Source of the DNA: an uncultured Opitutales bacterium
GTDB taxonomy: Bacteria > Verrucomicrobiota > Verrucomicrobiia > Opitutales > Intestinicryptomonadaceae
Direction of reading: 5' to 3'
NCBI GenBank assembly: GCA_934613415.1
Contig: CAKTSY010000003.1
Location: 210,001 to 242,000, forward strand
Length of the DNA: 32,000 bases
Shown: positions 16,067 through 25,145 of the stretch, one piece after another
Numbering within the stretch: position 1 is the first letter of the stretch
Layout of the letters: every line of letters starts with the position of its first letter
Program-made: the position numbers and the translations under genes
Notes under the pieces: model-generated
The model's input: the letters and a program-made list of their open reading frames with translations, nothing else
The model's database searches: none
Told to the model about the DNA's origin: nothing

Positions 16067-16122
16067 TTTTCGGGAAAAGTTGTTTGCCTTTGCCTGCATA
16101 GCAACTATGTTTTGCCCATAAT

Positions 16123-16578
16123 ATGAAATCGGTTTTTTTGTGCGCATATCTATTTTTTGCGGTGTTTTTGCTTTACGCTTTGGGCGAGTGCATTGTGTTT
16201 GCCTCGCTAAACGACGAAAGCCTTAACTGGTTTTTGCCAAAGCTTAGGGGCAATTTAATTTCGTCGGCAATTTTATGTGCGCCATACTTTGCATTGTATA
16301 TTGCAAAGTTTTTTACAAAAACAGCCCAAGCGCGCAAGGCATACGGCATTTTTGTGATTGTTTTTGCCTTTGTTTCGGCCTTGATAAATTCGTTTTGCTA
16401 CGAAGAATATTCGGATAACTTCGGACACAACATAATTGCGCTGTTCCTTAACGACTACGACAAGTTTTTGCTGTATTTGTGGAGTAAAATTGCTGTCTTA
16501 AAAATTTCGCTTTGCGTTGTGTCCGGACTTTTTTTGGCAATTTTCGGGTTTTGCAGTCTAAGCAAAAACGAAAAATAG
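16123..16578 (+). CDS. Hypothetical integral membrane protein (about 4 TM helices)
   Basis: 151 aa with four hydrophobic segments. It lies on the same strand as the neighbouring exported proteins. No family recognised. Confidence 0.55.
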   Translation: MKSVFLCAYLFFAVFLLYALGECIVFASLNDESLNWFLPKLRGNLISSAILCAPYFALYIAKFFTKTAQARKAYGIFVIVFAFVSALINSFCYEEYSDNFGHNIIALFLNDYDKFLLYLWSKIAVLKISLCVVSGLFLAIFGFCSLSKNEK

Positions 16579-16712
16579 AACCTTTTTTATTTAAAATAAA
16601 TTTTGTACGATAAATTTGACAATGGTTGTATAATTGCACTAACAAAACGAGGCAAAAAGCGCGCAGATTGTGCGCAATACCCCCGCAACTTTAACCGTAC
16701 AAATATAAAAAA

Positions 16713-17072
16713 ATGAAAAGAATTGCATCTGTATTATCTATTGCAGCTTTGCTCGCCCTTTGCGGGTGTGGAGCAAACGTAAACGAAAACCAAACCCCCG
16801 AACAGGCAAAAACGCAGGCAGCTTCTATGGACGCCGCCGCCCTTCAAAAACAGGTAGACGCCCTTAAAGCCTACATCGAAAAGAAGACCGCCCAAGCCAA
16901 AGAAGCAGCCGAAAAGCTCTCTAAAATTCCCCTAACCGAACAAATGGGCAAAGACGCCCAAGCTTTGAGAGACGAAGCCGCAAAAATTTCGGAATCGCTT
17001 AAAAACATTCAGGCTCAGCTTTCGGTTTACGCGCAAGAATTAAAGGCAAAAGCGCAAAGCGCAAACAAATAA
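16713..17072 (+). CDS. Small alpha-helical (coiled-coil-like) lipoprotein
   Basis: The signal peptide and lipobox are ALLALCGC. The mature part is rich in A/K/E/Q with heptad-like spacing (QKQVDALKAYIEKKTAQAKEAAEKL). A strong terminator follows. Confidence 0.7.
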   Translation: MKRIASVLSIAALLALCGCGANVNENQTPEQAKTQAASMDAAALQKQVDALKAYIEKKTAQAKEAAEKLSKIPLTEQMGKDAQALRDEAAKISESLKNIQAQLSVYAQELKAKAQSANK

Positions 17073-17091
17073 GATTTTATTTTACCCAACA

Positions 17092-17132
17092 AAAAGCCCG
17101 AAGCTGCAAAAAACTTCGGGCTTTTCTTTTTT
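17092..17132. terminator. Bidirectional rho-independent terminator between convergent genes
   Basis: A 10-12 bp stem pairs AAGCCCGAAG with CTTCGGGCTT. An A-run lies upstream and TTTTCTTTTTT downstream. Confidence 0.8.
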
Positions 17133-17151
17133 ATGCTGTTTTTCGTGCGGG

Positions 17152-18597
17152 CTATTTTCTTTCGGCTATACTGCGCATTGCAGTGTTCATTTCGCCTTTA
17201 AGATATTTGTCCATAGATTCCGCCGCCTTTTTTGCCTGAACCATTGCCGACACTATCGTAAGCGGGCCAGTTACTACGTCGCCGCAAGCGAACACGCCCT
17301 TCATAGACGTTTGCAAAGTTTCGGGATCTACCGCAATGGTGCCGTTGTCGTTAAGCTTTAAGTGCATGCAGTTTCTGGCAAGTCTGTCTCTTGGCTTGCT
17401 GCCCGTCGAAAGAATTACGGTGTCGCAAAACAATGTAAATTCCGAGCCTTCAACCATAACGGGAACGCGCCTGCCGGATTCGTCCGGGTCGCCCATCTTG
17501 GTTTTAATACATTCTATGCCGTATACGCGACCGGTTTCATCGTATAGAATTTTCTTTTGAAGAGTGTTTTCGAGCATCTCAACACCCTCTTTTTTTGCAA
17601 GGGCAATTTCGTCGCTGCGGGCGGGCATTTCTTCCAGAGTGCGCCTGTATACCAAAGTAGATTTTGCCCCGCACCTTAAGGCAACGCGCGAAGTGTCTAT
17701 TGCAACATTGCCGCCGCCTATTGTTATAACGTGCTTGGCCCTTACGGGCGAAACCGTCATTTTATCGGTTGTCATTGTGCTTAGGTTGTACCTCGAAAGA
17801 AACTCGCTAGAGCTATATACGCCCGGGGCGTATTCGCCCGCAATATACATTGTAATGGGTTTCCATGCGCCAGTTGCAACCAAAACCGAGTCGTACCTTT
17901 CGCGCAATTCGTCTAGGCTATAGGGCGGCTCGCCAATACCTATGCCGTAGTGTATGCGCACACCCATTTTTTCCAGTCGCGCAATGCGTTCAAAAACTAT
18001 TTCACGCGGAAGTCTAAATTCGGGTATGCCGTACATTGTAACGCCGCCAGGTAAATCGCGACCCTCAAAAACTTCTACCGCGTGCCCCATTTGGGCAAGC
18101 TTTTCGGCGGCGGTAATGCCTGCAGGGCCCAAGCCAATAATGGCGGTATATTTGCCTGTGGCGGGCTTGCGCTCGGGAACTTCGCTGTAGCCGTTTATGC
18201 GCACATAGTCTGCCGCAAAGCGTTCCAACGCGCCTATGGCAACGGGCTTGCCCTTTATGCCCAATACGCACGAGCCTTCGCACTGCTTGCTTTGGTTGCA
18301 CAACCTGCCGCAAATTGCCGACATTGTAGACTGCTCGGCAAGCTTTTTCGCCGCCACTGCAACATTGCCGTTTGCTATTTCAAAAATAAAGTCGGGAATA
18401 TTTATGTGGTTGGGGCACCCCGTTTGACAGCGGGGCCTCGGACAATGCAGGCAGCGTGAAGCTTCATCCATCGCCGCTTTTTTAGTAATGCCGTAATAAG
18501 CTTCGCCGTCTTCGGTTATGCGAATTTTATCGGTACACTCCGAAACCTCCATTCTGGGAAGCCCCGAAGCTTTTGTCTTTCTATTTTCTAAATCCAT
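17152..18597 (-). CDS. NADPH-dependent oxidoreductase of the glutamate synthase small-subunit family (GltD/NfnB/SudA-like)
   Basis: The N-terminal Fe-S Cys clusters are CLHCPRPRCQTGCP and ICGRLCNQSKQCEGSC. Two dinucleotide-binding folds are present (IIGLGPAGITAA and ITIGGGNVAID), plus a C-terminal GVFACGDV. Confidence 0.85.
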   Translation of the reverse strand: MDLENRKTKASGLPRMEVSECTDKIRITEDGEAYYGITKKAAMDEASRCLHCPRPRCQTGCPNHINIPDFIFEIANGNVAVAAKKLAEQSTMSAICGRLCNQSKQCEGSCVLGIKGKPVAIGALERFAADYVRINGYSEVPERKPATGKYTAIIGLGPAGITAAEKLAQMGHAVEVFEGRDLPGGVTMYGIPEFRLPREIVFERIARLEKMGVRIHYGIGIGEPPYSLDELRERYDSVLVATGAWKPITMYIAGEYAPGVYSSSEFLSRYNLSTMTTDKMTVSPVRAKHVITIGGGNVAIDTSRVALRCGAKSTLVYRRTLEEMPARSDEIALAKKEGVEMLENTLQKKILYDETGRVYGIECIKTKMGDPDESGRRVPVMVEGSEFTLFCDTVILSTGSKPRDRLARNCMHLKLNDNGTIAVDPETLQTSMKGVFACGDVVTGPLTIVSAMVQAKKAAESMDKYLKGEMNTAMRSIAERK

Positions 18598-18731
18598 ATT
18601 AACGCATCAATATTTGAATGTCGGGCAACACTAAGCAATACTATTCGCAAAAAAATTTGTTAGTTTTTTGTTAGGTATATGTACTTTTTTATCGGCAAAA
18701 GTTCCTTTACAAATTGCATTTTGCGCAATTT

Positions 18732-19757
18732 CTACAACTTATACGAATTTATTTGCCAATCTTCGATCTCTTTTGGGTTTTGTTTTGAAATGTTCAGTAT
18801 TAGGCTGTTGTAAAAATCTATGTCGCAAATTTTGCGTATGGCGTCTTCTAGCGCCTGCAAATTGCCGCTTTCAAAAACAACCCCGTTTTCGCCGTCGCGC
18901 AAAACCGAATCGTTGCAGCCAACAACGCTGCTTGTTATGCAGGCAATGCCGTTGTTTAACGCCTCTTCAACCACAAGCCCCCAAGGCTCGGCAAGCGAAG
19001 GCAAAACAAACACATCGTTTTTTTTGTATATTTCGGGCAGCTTGGAATTGTCTATTGCCCCCGTAAAAACAACGTTTGGCGGGGCTTTTGCCTTAAGGGA
19101 TTTTTCGTCTTTGCCAAAACCTACAACCGTTAAATTTAAATTCGGGAATTTTTTAAAAGCTTCTAAAAGCATTCCAACATTTTTGCAGGCAATTAGCCTG
19201 CCTACATACACAAAATTCTTTACCTCTTTTTTGGGCGAATATGGCGGCTGCGGAACCATATTGTATAGACCTACTCCCTTTGTTTCTATAATTTTCCCCT
19301 TAAAATGCAATGCCTGCAACAACCTACTTTGGTTTATGCCCGACACATACGCCGTAGAGCACCTAAAAACAAAAATCCTTTTAATAAAGCCTTTTACGCC
19401 ATTTGTTTTCGACTCGAAATGCGACGACTCTACCACAACCGCATTCTTTTTTTTGGGACAAAGCATAACTGCAAGCCAATATAAAGGGCTATCCCAACCG
19501 CCCAAAACAAGCATTTTGTATTTTACGCTTTTTAGCAGTTTTAAAAACTCAAACGCTTTAAAGAACGTATTTTTGCCGTTAAGAAATACATAATCGAAAT
19601 TCTTTTCGCCCTTGTAGAAATCGGCATTTCGAGTTGCTTCGGCCGTGTGGGTAAACACAACCAATATTTTTTGGAACTTTGCAATTTGCGAATACAAGCG
19701 CAGCTTATAAAATGAAGGCAAATTTGTTACAAAAATCTGGGCATATTCCTTTTTCAT
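18732..19757 (-). CDS. Glycosyltransferase, GT4 (GT-B fold) family
   Basis: The C-terminal E-x7-E region is LPSLAEPWGLVVEEALNNGIACITS, followed by ENGVVF. Start is taken at ATG 19757 (MKKEYAQIFV). That leaves room for the terminator and a promoter after the tRNA. Confidence 0.8.
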   Translation of the reverse strand: MKKEYAQIFVTNLPSFYKLRLYSQIAKFQKILVVFTHTAEATRNADFYKGEKNFDYVFLNGKNTFFKAFEFLKLLKSVKYKMLVLGGWDSPLYWLAVMLCPKKKNAVVVESSHFESKTNGVKGFIKRIFVFRCSTAYVSGINQSRLLQALHFKGKIIETKGVGLYNMVPQPPYSPKKEVKNFVYVGRLIACKNVGMLLEAFKKFPNLNLTVVGFGKDEKSLKAKAPPNVVFTGAIDNSKLPEIYKKNDVFVLPSLAEPWGLVVEEALNNGIACITSSVVGCNDSVLRDGENGVVFESGNLQALEDAIRKICDIDFYNSLILNISKQNPKEIEDWQINSYKL

Positions 19758-19831
19758 ATACTTGTTGCAATTCGCATAAAAAGCTAACTTGCAAAAAAGC
19801 AAAGTCAAATATTAACAACCCAACTTTGCAC

Positions 19832-19858
19832 AAAAAAACGGAGGCAAAACGCACTCCG
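19832..19858 (-). terminator. Weak rho-independent terminator downstream of tRNA(CAT)
   Basis: The minus-strand transcript reads CGGAG, 10-nt loop, CTCCG, then TTTTTTT. The stem is short but the T-tract is strong. Confidence 0.4.
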
Positions 19859-19873
19859 CAAAAATCACAAAAG

Positions 19874-19946
<73 letters not shown>

Positions 19947-19981
19947 GTTTAATAAAGTTAACAATAATTGCGGCTAAAAAA

Positions 19982-21181
19982 TCAAATTGCAAGCTTTTTT
20001 TCGCGCAAATTTTGGGCTAGGCGCATTGCCTGCGTCCAACACGCCATAAGGTTGTAGCCGCCTGTAAGGGCGTCTATATTAAGGCACTCGCCTATAAAAT
20101 ATAGGTTTTCAACGTCTTTACACTGCATCGAAGCAAAATCTATTTGCGAAACGTCTACGCCGCCCGCCGACACAAATTCGCTTTTGTGCTCGCCTCTTTT
20201 GCATACGCTTAAAGTGCATTTGCATACTTCGTTAAACAATAGTTTTTCGGAGTCTTTGGTTAATCTGGCATAGAGTGTATTTTGCGGAATTTTTGCCCTG
20301 TTTAGCAAAACGCACCAAAGCCTTTGCCCGATTTTTTCGGGCGAAAGATTTTTTATTTCCCTTGCGCCGAAATTGCTTCGCGCCTTTTGCAAGAATGCCG
20401 CAAATTCTTCTGGGCTTAAAAATTGGCAATCTATGCAAAATTTGTAGTTTAGTTCGGCAAAATCGAAAGCCCCAAACGACGACATTTTTAGAACGGCCGG
20501 CCCGCTTACGCCGCCGCGCGTAAAAAGAATATCGCCGGCACTTTCTAGCTTTTTGTAGAACAGCTTTACGTTTTTAACCGAAAGCCCCGACAATTCCGAA
20601 AATTCGCCGTCGTCTAAATCGAATGCAAAAAGCGATGGCACTGTTTTTACAAATTTTACCCCCAAAGCTTCCAGCGAAGTCTTTAAAGAATTTACCATAT
20701 TGCCGCCGGTTGCAACAACAAGTTTTTTGCACTGTATAACTTCGTTTGCGACAGACTTAACGGCAAAGCCGCCTTCGATTTTTTCTACGGACGCCACTGC
20801 AAAATTGCGCCTAATTAAAGTTTCGTTTTTCAACGCGCAATCCTCTAAAAGCGCGCACACACTTTCGGCACTTTCGCATTGGGGAAATACCCTATATTCG
20901 TCTTCGGTTTTTAGGGGCATTCCCCTTTTTGCAAACCATTCAAAAATATCCTTTGCGCCGAAGGCGGCAAACAGTTTGCGCAGCCTGCCGCCGTTGCGCG
21001 GGTAAGCCTGCAAAAGCTTTTTTATGTCGGGCTGGGCGTTGCATATATTGCAACGGCCGCCGCCTGTAAGGGCAAGCTTGCGCAAAATTTTTGGGGCTGT
21101 TTCAAGCACAACGGCGTTTTTAACGTTGCTTGCCAAAAACATACCGGCTGCTCCCGCGCCTATAATTGCAATGGGTTTCAT
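19982..21181 (-). CDS. HI0933/YhiN(BaiN)-family NAD(FAD)-utilising flavoprotein
   Basis: The N-terminal motif is IAIIGAGAAGMFLA. The family motif LTGGGRCNICN is present, and the C-terminus carries YFIGECLNIDALTGGYNL. Its ATG shares one nucleotide with the rnr stop (TAATG). Confidence 0.85.
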   Translation of the reverse strand: MKPIAIIGAGAAGMFLASNVKNAVVLETAPKILRKLALTGGGRCNICNAQPDIKKLLQAYPRNGGRLRKLFAAFGAKDIFEWFAKRGMPLKTEDEYRVFPQCESAESVCALLEDCALKNETLIRRNFAVASVEKIEGGFAVKSVANEVIQCKKLVVATGGNMVNSLKTSLEALGVKFVKTVPSLFAFDLDDGEFSELSGLSVKNVKLFYKKLESAGDILFTRGGVSGPAVLKMSSFGAFDFAELNYKFCIDCQFLSPEEFAAFLQKARSNFGAREIKNLSPEKIGQRLWCVLLNRAKIPQNTLYARLTKDSEKLLFNEVCKCTLSVCKRGEHKSEFVSAGGVDVSQIDFASMQCKDVENLYFIGECLNIDALTGGYNLMACWTQAMRLAQNLREKKLAI

Positions 21182-23421
21182 TACAGCGCAAAATCTATCT
21201 GACGCTTAAAGCGGTCTACAGCCTCTACCTTAACCGAAACTTTAGCCCCCAGCTTATACTGCTTGCGCGTACGCCTGCCTACAAGGGCGGTTGCGTTAGA
21301 GTTTAGGCGGTAAATATCGTCGTTAAGCGAATGCGAGTGAACAAAGCCGTATGCCATCGAGTCGCACAACTCCACAAAGAACCCGTGCGAAACAAGCTGA
21401 GTTATTACGCCGTCGAAATGCGTGTCTTTGCCTACCTGCCTTTCGAAGAATTCGAGCAATTTTATTTTTACCGAATCTCTTTCAGCCTCGGCGCTATTGC
21501 GCTCAGTGCAGGAAATATGTTCTGCAATGTGCTCTAAAGAGCGGCGGTCGGAATATGTCTTTGCGCTTTTTAGAGCGGTAGGCATATTGTTTATTTTCAT
21601 ATAATAATCCAATATGCGGTGTATAACAAGGTCTGCATAGCGGCGTATGGGAGACGTAAAGTGGGCATAGTAATCCTTAAACAAACCGAAGTGCCCGTCG
21701 CACGAGGCTCTGTATACGGCGCGTTTTAGGCTGCGCAAAAACATTGTTTTTAAAAGCGGGCTTTGCGGGTGCTTGTTTATTGTGTCCAGCAACGCTATTA
21801 TGTTTGCGCGCTTGCTAAGGTCGCCGCAGTCTATGTCAAAAGTTTCAAGCTCGGCTGCCAATTCGTCGAGTTTTTCCTCGTCGGGGCTGTCGTGCACGCG
21901 CGAAATGAACGGTATTTTCGCCTTAAACAATGCCTTTGCAACCGCCTCGTTTGCGGCAAGCATAAACTCCTCTACAAGCTGGTGGCTTTCGTCGTTTACC
22001 TTTTTTTCTATCGACTCGGCATAGCCTTGGGCGTCGCAGTGTATTTTTATTTCGGGCATATCCAAATCAAGGCTGCCCTTTTTCATTCTGCGCTTTCTTA
22101 ACTGCGAAGCAATGCCCCACATATGACGAACCGCCAAGCGCAAAACCTGAATTTCCCTGTCGGACATATCGTTTAGCGACTTGCCTGCATACGGACTTTC
22201 GTAGCGTTTTACGTCGCCTACATTGCGTATTTTCGACAGGTCGTCTTCCTTAAGCAATGCGTAGGCCTGTTCGTAGCTTAGGCGTTTTTTGCTTCGTATA
22301 ACAGAGTTTGCAAAGCTAACTTCCTTGCAATCGCCCTTGTTGTCGAAAGTTAAAAATACGCTTTTAACAAGCCTGTCTTTGCCTTCTACAAGGCTGCAAA
22401 TGCCGTTCGAAAGCTCGAATGGCAGCATGGGGATTACGGTACCTACAAGGTAGGTTGAATTGCCCCTTTGAATTGCCTCTTTGTCGATTGCGCTATCGGG
22501 CTTTACATAGTGCGAAACGTCGGCTATATGCACTCCAATTTGTATGGTGTTGTCTTTGCCCTTTGCAATAGAAAGAGCGTCGTCGAAATCCTTTGCGTCG
22601 GAAGGGTCTATAGTAATTACAAATTCGTTGCGCAAATCCAAACGCCCCTTTATTTCCTTTGCCGAAACTTCGGAGGGAATGTTCTGAACTTCGTCCAAAA
22701 CTTTTTGGGGGAATGTTTCCGGCAAATTGTATTTGCAAATTATGCCCTTATATTCGGCAAGCGGAGTGTGGCTTGGCCCGAAGTTTTCAAGAATTTTCGC
22801 CGTAGGGTTAAGGTGCTTTTGAGTCCAGTCGTTAAGCTCTACTAAAAGCTTGTCGCCGTCTTCGGGGGCGGGAACAATTTCGCCCTTTTCGGGAATCTGC
22901 AAAATAACGTCGTAGTAGAATTTCGGGTCGTCGGGCACAAGGTGCCAATATGAGCTTGTGCGCTTTAGCGTGCCTGTAATTCTCTTTGTGTTGCGCTCTA
23001 AAATGCGTATTACCTTTGCCGAGAGGTGCGGCGCAAAATCGTAGTTCTTTTCGCGGCGTCTATAGGGCCTGTCGGGCGTTATAACGCGCGCTAAAACCTT
23101 GTCTTTATGGAATGCCGTTGCCGTGTTTTCGCGGTTTACAGTGTAAATTTTTGAATTGTGCTCTATGCAAGCCGAGCCGTTTTGCCTAAATTCTATAATG
23201 CCCGAAATAAGCCCTATGTCGGAGCTTAGCGCGAACCTGTCGCCCTTAACGCGGGCAATTGAACCGCTGTCGAGCAGCATCATAAGCGCCTTTTTTACCT
23301 TTGGCAAGTCGCGCCTTTGCGCGCCTATTGCCAAGGCAATTTCGGGCAGCTTCATCGGAGCGTAGTTTTTGCGCCCGAATACTTTTAATATCTTCTCGTT
23401 TAGTTCGTCGTAGTAGTTCAT
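21181..23421 (-). CDS. rnr: Ribonuclease R
   Basis: 746 aa. The RNB catalytic motif is ITIDPSDAKDFDDALS. The C-terminal S1 domain contains GVITQLVSHGFFVEL. Confidence 0.92.
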   Translation of the reverse strand: MNYYDELNEKILKVFGRKNYAPMKLPEIALAIGAQRRDLPKVKKALMMLLDSGSIARVKGDRFALSSDIGLISGIIEFRQNGSACIEHNSKIYTVNRENTATAFHKDKVLARVITPDRPYRRREKNYDFAPHLSAKVIRILERNTKRITGTLKRTSSYWHLVPDDPKFYYDVILQIPEKGEIVPAPEDGDKLLVELNDWTQKHLNPTAKILENFGPSHTPLAEYKGIICKYNLPETFPQKVLDEVQNIPSEVSAKEIKGRLDLRNEFVITIDPSDAKDFDDALSIAKGKDNTIQIGVHIADVSHYVKPDSAIDKEAIQRGNSTYLVGTVIPMLPFELSNGICSLVEGKDRLVKSVFLTFDNKGDCKEVSFANSVIRSKKRLSYEQAYALLKEDDLSKIRNVGDVKRYESPYAGKSLNDMSDREIQVLRLAVRHMWGIASQLRKRRMKKGSLDLDMPEIKIHCDAQGYAESIEKKVNDESHQLVEEFMLAANEAVAKALFKAKIPFISRVHDSPDEEKLDELAAELETFDIDCGDLSKRANIIALLDTINKHPQSPLLKTMFLRSLKRAVYRASCDGHFGLFKDYYAHFTSPIRRYADLVIHRILDYYMKINNMPTALKSAKTYSDRRSLEHIAEHISCTERNSAEAERDSVKIKLLEFFERQVGKDTHFDGVITQLVSHGFFVELCDSMAYGFVHSHSLNDDIYRLNSNATALVGRRTRKQYKLGAKVSVKVEAVDRFKRQIDFAL

Positions 23422-24221
23422 TTTATTAGTGTCCTATATTCAACCAAAAGCAAAAGAAGCATTGCCGATATAAAAAGTGCTATTGCGCACCAAGCAGATT
23501 TTTTGCCCGACAGCGCATTTTTTGCACAATAAAAAGCCAATAAAAATTGTAGAATTAAAACGCAGCTACCCGCGCACAATTTTAAAATCATCAACGCCGA
23601 AAAATCGGCGCATTTTGCAAAGGCAACAAGCCCCAGCCCCAACGCCGAAAACATAGACACAAACGCCGAATACGCACAAAAGCGCACAAGCTTTGCAAGC
23701 CTTTCCAGCGGAGAGGTTGCCCTTGAAAAGGCGTCGCTACTTTTGTTTTGCAGCGAGCGCGCCTGAAGCAAAAGCATAAGACCGCATATTGCGCCGCACG
23801 CCGTAAACGCATACGACACCGCAGCCAATATTCCGTGCAATGCAAGAACAACTCCCGAGTGCTGCGAAATCTTAAAGCTGCCCACACCGCAAAGCATAGG
23901 AGCAAAAATGAACACTGCACACACCGCCGACGATACAAAAAGCTGCGCCGTGTTTTTCGAGAAAAGCGACATTAAAACGCAAATTACCGCCAACAAACAG
24001 GAAACCGAAAGCGTTAGCCCCGAAAATTGCGAAAGCCAAATCGCGCCGCTATAAAAGCCGAAAATCAAAAGGGCAATTTGCACTATTACCGCTGCCGAAT
24101 AGATTCCGTAAAAGCCCGAATTTTCCAGCGTGCGTTTTTTTAGCGCGCAAAAAATGGCATAGCAAAACGACGCGGCATAAAGCGTGCCGCAAAACAGCGT
24201 TGCTATAAAAATAAGCGTCAT
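23418..24221 (-). CDS. HemX/YpjD-like polytopic membrane protein (cytochrome c assembly protein family, no WWD motif)
   Basis: 267 aa with about 8 TM helices. The conserved His-containing helix is LHGILAAVSYAFTACGAICGLMLLLQARSLQNK. I see no Trp-rich WGxxWxWD motif. There are ATGA overlaps with hemH upstream and rnr downstream. Confidence 0.55.
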   Translation of the reverse strand: MTLIFIATLFCGTLYAASFCYAIFCALKKRTLENSGFYGIYSAAVIVQIALLIFGFYSGAIWLSQFSGLTLSVSCLLAVICVLMSLFSKNTAQLFVSSAVCAVFIFAPMLCGVGSFKISQHSGVVLALHGILAAVSYAFTACGAICGLMLLLQARSLQNKSSDAFSRATSPLERLAKLVRFCAYSAFVSMFSALGLGLVAFAKCADFSALMILKLCAGSCVLILQFLLAFYCAKNALSGKKSAWCAIALFISAMLLLLLVEYRTLIK

Positions 24222-25144
24222 TCGTATTTGCAGAATATGGCCTCTACTACGTCGGATTGCAAGTTAGAATCGTTCAAACACGGAACATATTCAAAATGTT
24301 TGCCGCCGTTTTCGATAAAAACTTTTTTTAAATCGCGTTTAACGTCCAGCAAAGTTTCGGTGCAGTCCATCGCAAAGCCAGGGCAAATTACCGCCAAATT
24401 TTTTTTGCCGCTTTTTGCCAAATCGCCCACGGTTTTTGCCCCCGAAGGCGAAAGCCATTTTTTTTCGCTGCCGCGCGCCGAAATATAGGCGGTTAGCACT
24501 TGGCAGCCCAGCGTTTTTGCCATTAAAGCCGATGTTTTTTCGCACTCTAATGCGTATCTTTTAAGCTCGGGAATATTGTTTGGCACGCTGTGGTACAACG
24601 CCAAAAGCGTCTTGCAATTTTTAACCGCATTTTCGGCGGATTTGCACAGGGCGTTTATATAGAAATCTTCGCTGCAATAAGGGTCTGTTATGCACCACTG
24701 CCTTTTATATTTCGACATAACCGCCTCTATTTTTGCGCGAGCCGCCTGCGTTGTAGCCCAGCAATATTGGGGGAAAAGCGGCAAAAACATAAATTCGGTA
24801 GCCCCCTTTTTTCGGGCATATTGCACAGCCGAATCTATTGAAGGCCCCGTATACAAATATGCCGAAAGCACCTGCATTGAAAGCCTGTCGGAAATTTTTG
24901 CCCTAAAAGCCGTTGTGTAGTGCCTTAGTGCCGACCTTGAATTTACCGCGCATTCGGCAAGCCTTTTTGCGAAATTGCCCGCGCCGAAGTTGGCGGCGAA
25001 AAACGCGGCAAATTTCCTTGCAATATAGGGCTTGTTAACAACATGCCTGTCGGAAACCATATTGCCTATAAAAGCCTTTGCCTCTCTTTTTTCGAAAGAA
25101 TCGGGGCTGCCGACATTAACCAATATAAGCGCAAGTTTTGCCAT
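24218..25144 (-). CDS. hemH: Ferrochelatase (protoporphyrin or coproporphyrin type undetermined)
   Basis: The N-terminus is LALILVNVGSPDS. The His-containing motif is LALYHSVP. Length is 308 aa, and the gene sits directly downstream of hemY. Confidence 0.85.
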   Translation of the reverse strand: MAKLALILVNVGSPDSFEKREAKAFIGNMVSDRHVVNKPYIARKFAAFFAANFGAGNFAKRLAECAVNSRSALRHYTTAFRAKISDRLSMQVLSAYLYTGPSIDSAVQYARKKGATEFMFLPLFPQYCWATTQAARAKIEAVMSKYKRQWCITDPYCSEDFYINALCKSAENAVKNCKTLLALYHSVPNNIPELKRYALECEKTSALMAKTLGCQVLTAYISARGSEKKWLSPSGAKTVGDLAKSGKKNLAVICPGFAMDCTETLLDVKRDLKKVFIENGGKHFEYVPCLNDSNLQSDVVEAIFCKYE

Positions 25145-25145
25145 A

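Noticed and set aside
16616-16634. Consensus TTGACA and TATAAT hexamers upstream of the coiled-coil lipoprotein gene.
   Set aside because: Only 7 nt separate the two hexamers, so they cannot act together as a -35/-10 pair. The TATAAT alone may still be a -10 element, but no good -35 lies at 16-18 nt.
18820-19593. 257-aa plus-strand ORF.
   Set aside because: It lies entirely antisense to the glycosyltransferase gene, which has clear GT4 motifs. Its product is an S/T/F/L/P-rich string typical of the antisense frame of a real gene.
24395-24475. Two T8/A8 homopolymer tracts inside hemH, considered as possible phase-variation sites.
   Set aside because: A and T runs of this length are common throughout this AT-leaning sequence and encode ordinary Lys-Lys dipeptides. 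The reading frame is intact.
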